From Basidiobolus meristosporus CBS 931.73 (lineage: Eukaryota > Fungi > Basidiobolomycota), in NCBI GenBank assembly GCA_002104905.1, contig MCFE01000129.1:62001-126000 (forward strand): a stretch of 64,000 nt of DNA, given 5' to 3'. The notes beneath the pieces are model-generated. The model worked only from the letters and a program-made list of their open reading frames with translations. It did not search any database and had not been told where the DNA came from. Shown piece after piece: positions 62,983 to 64,000 of this stretch (position 1 is its first letter; the number at the start of each line of letters is the position of its first letter). The translations under genes and the position numbers were made by a program.

Positions 62983-63513
62983 ATGTACAACACCAGAGAT
63001 AAATCAGAGTTACTATTAGGATGCCCCCAACTCTACACAATTGTACAGGAGCTTCGGGTTGACCCAACTCGAACCAATCTTTACGAAACACTAGAGACAT
63101 GCTTGTTGGAGAGCCTACCCACGTTGGTTATCACCCAAGAAGGCCGTAAGAAGCATACCCTGGAGTATAACGGGATCTGGGCCAACTCGGAAGCGCTAAA
63201 TTGGATAATGTTCGATGTAATCCCTGTTCATCAGGTCTACCTCTCCAACCGTAAATGCTTTCAGAGGCCGCATCTCTCTATAGTGCTGGGGGACATGAAT
63301 GAGAAAAAAGTTCCACTAAATATTGACACCGACGGTGTGCACAATATTGAAGAGCAAGATAAGTGGAAACTGACCTATTATGTTGAGAAGGCAGGAGTTG
63401 ACGAGAAATGGGTGATAATTCTAAGCTACATCTGCCACTTGGATTATTTAAATGAGCTTCCAGGGAAAATGAATTTGGTGTCTAGGCTGAAGGAGAAATT
63501 AACCTGCCATTAG
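62983..63513 (+). CDS. Hypothetical protein, 176 aa
   Basis: Uninterrupted ORF with globular-looking composition in the gene-rich region. No motif recognised. Confidence 0.55.
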   Translation: MYNTRDKSELLLGCPQLYTIVQELRVDPTRTNLYETLETCLLESLPTLVITQEGRKKHTLEYNGIWANSEALNWIMFDVIPVHQVYLSNRKCFQRPHLSIVLGDMNEKKVPLNIDTDGVHNIEEQDKWKLTYYVEKAGVDEKWVIILSYICHLDYLNELPGKMNLVSRLKEKLTCH

Positions 63514-63699
63514 GCTCAAAAGGTGATCTACGTTGTTTAAAGGACCTATTCACCTCAGCTATTGGCCTGCCCAAGTTGCAATATAAAATAACTTTCACTT
63601 GGTCGCCTCAGATTTCGGTCTTGAGGCTTTTATTTAATTGTTCAATATGATGCTCCTCCCTGCTCTCCCAACATGTAAAAATAGTAATATGGGCCATAG

Positions 63700-63999
63700 T
63701 TACTGGAAATGCAATAATGTGGTAAATAAAAGGATCCCCATAATATATGTTGGGTAGATGATTTCCCTTGGTGCCACTGAGTTTGGTTTGACAGAAGCTA
63801 CGACCGAGGTGCTACCACCAACCTTCGTGGGCTGCTGAAGGGCAACGTTGGGAAGCCCCTCGGAAGAGGAGGCTTGTGCAGTGGCGCTAGATGCAGTCGA
63901 TGGTGACCCCTTTCCATCACTCTTATTTGGAGAGGATTTAGTGCGAGTGGCTTTTCCTGAGTTTGTGGAGGCGCTGCTCTTGACATCGAAATAATGGCT
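63700..63999 (-). CDS. 3' end of a probable GPI-anchored Ser/Thr-rich protein (runs off the window; not in the ORF track)
   Basis: Frame from 63999: SHYFDVKSSASTNSGK...SVKPNSVAPREIIYPTYIMGILLFTTLLHFQ*. S/T-rich stalk, candidate omega site near NS, hydrophobic C-terminus. Confidence 0.75.
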   Translation of the reverse strand, partial: SHYFDVKSSASTNSGKATRTKSSPNKSDGKGSPSTASSATAQASSSEGLPNVALQQPTKVGGSTSVVASVKPNSVAPREIIYPTYIMGILLFTTLLHFQ

Positions 64000-64000
64000 A

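Overview
Eukaryotic, fungal DNA. Short 57-83 nt GT-AG introns and a Kin1/MARK kinase point to a fungus; an early-diverging lineage is inference only. The window has two sharply different halves. (1) Bases 1 to ~43,430 are a nested transposon graveyard in which CpG is almost absent. It holds two Ty3/gypsy elements (one a chromovirus), two ~3.3-kb non-autonomous Copia-like LTR elements with a Ty5/copia-type half-tRNA primer site, older Copia fragments and a solo LTR, and three 1.1-1.2-kb solo-LTR-like insertions with 4-bp TSDs. It also holds a PIF/Harbinger (PHIS)-type DNA transposon family seen as a 3.7-kb two-gene element, a 211-bp MITE and a 585-bp loop-less palindrome, plus at least 5 copies of an unclassified degenerate repeat ('family A'). 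(2) Bases ~43,430-64,000 have normal CpG content and host genes: a C2H2 transcription factor, a Kin1-like kinase, a fasciclin protein, a Cys-rich type-I membrane protein, a PX-PB1 protein, a Frizzled-CRD-like type-I membrane protein, a hypothetical ORF, and the 3' end of a probable GPI-anchored protein. No tRNA, rRNA or CRISPR array was recognised. All alignments and counts were done by eye.
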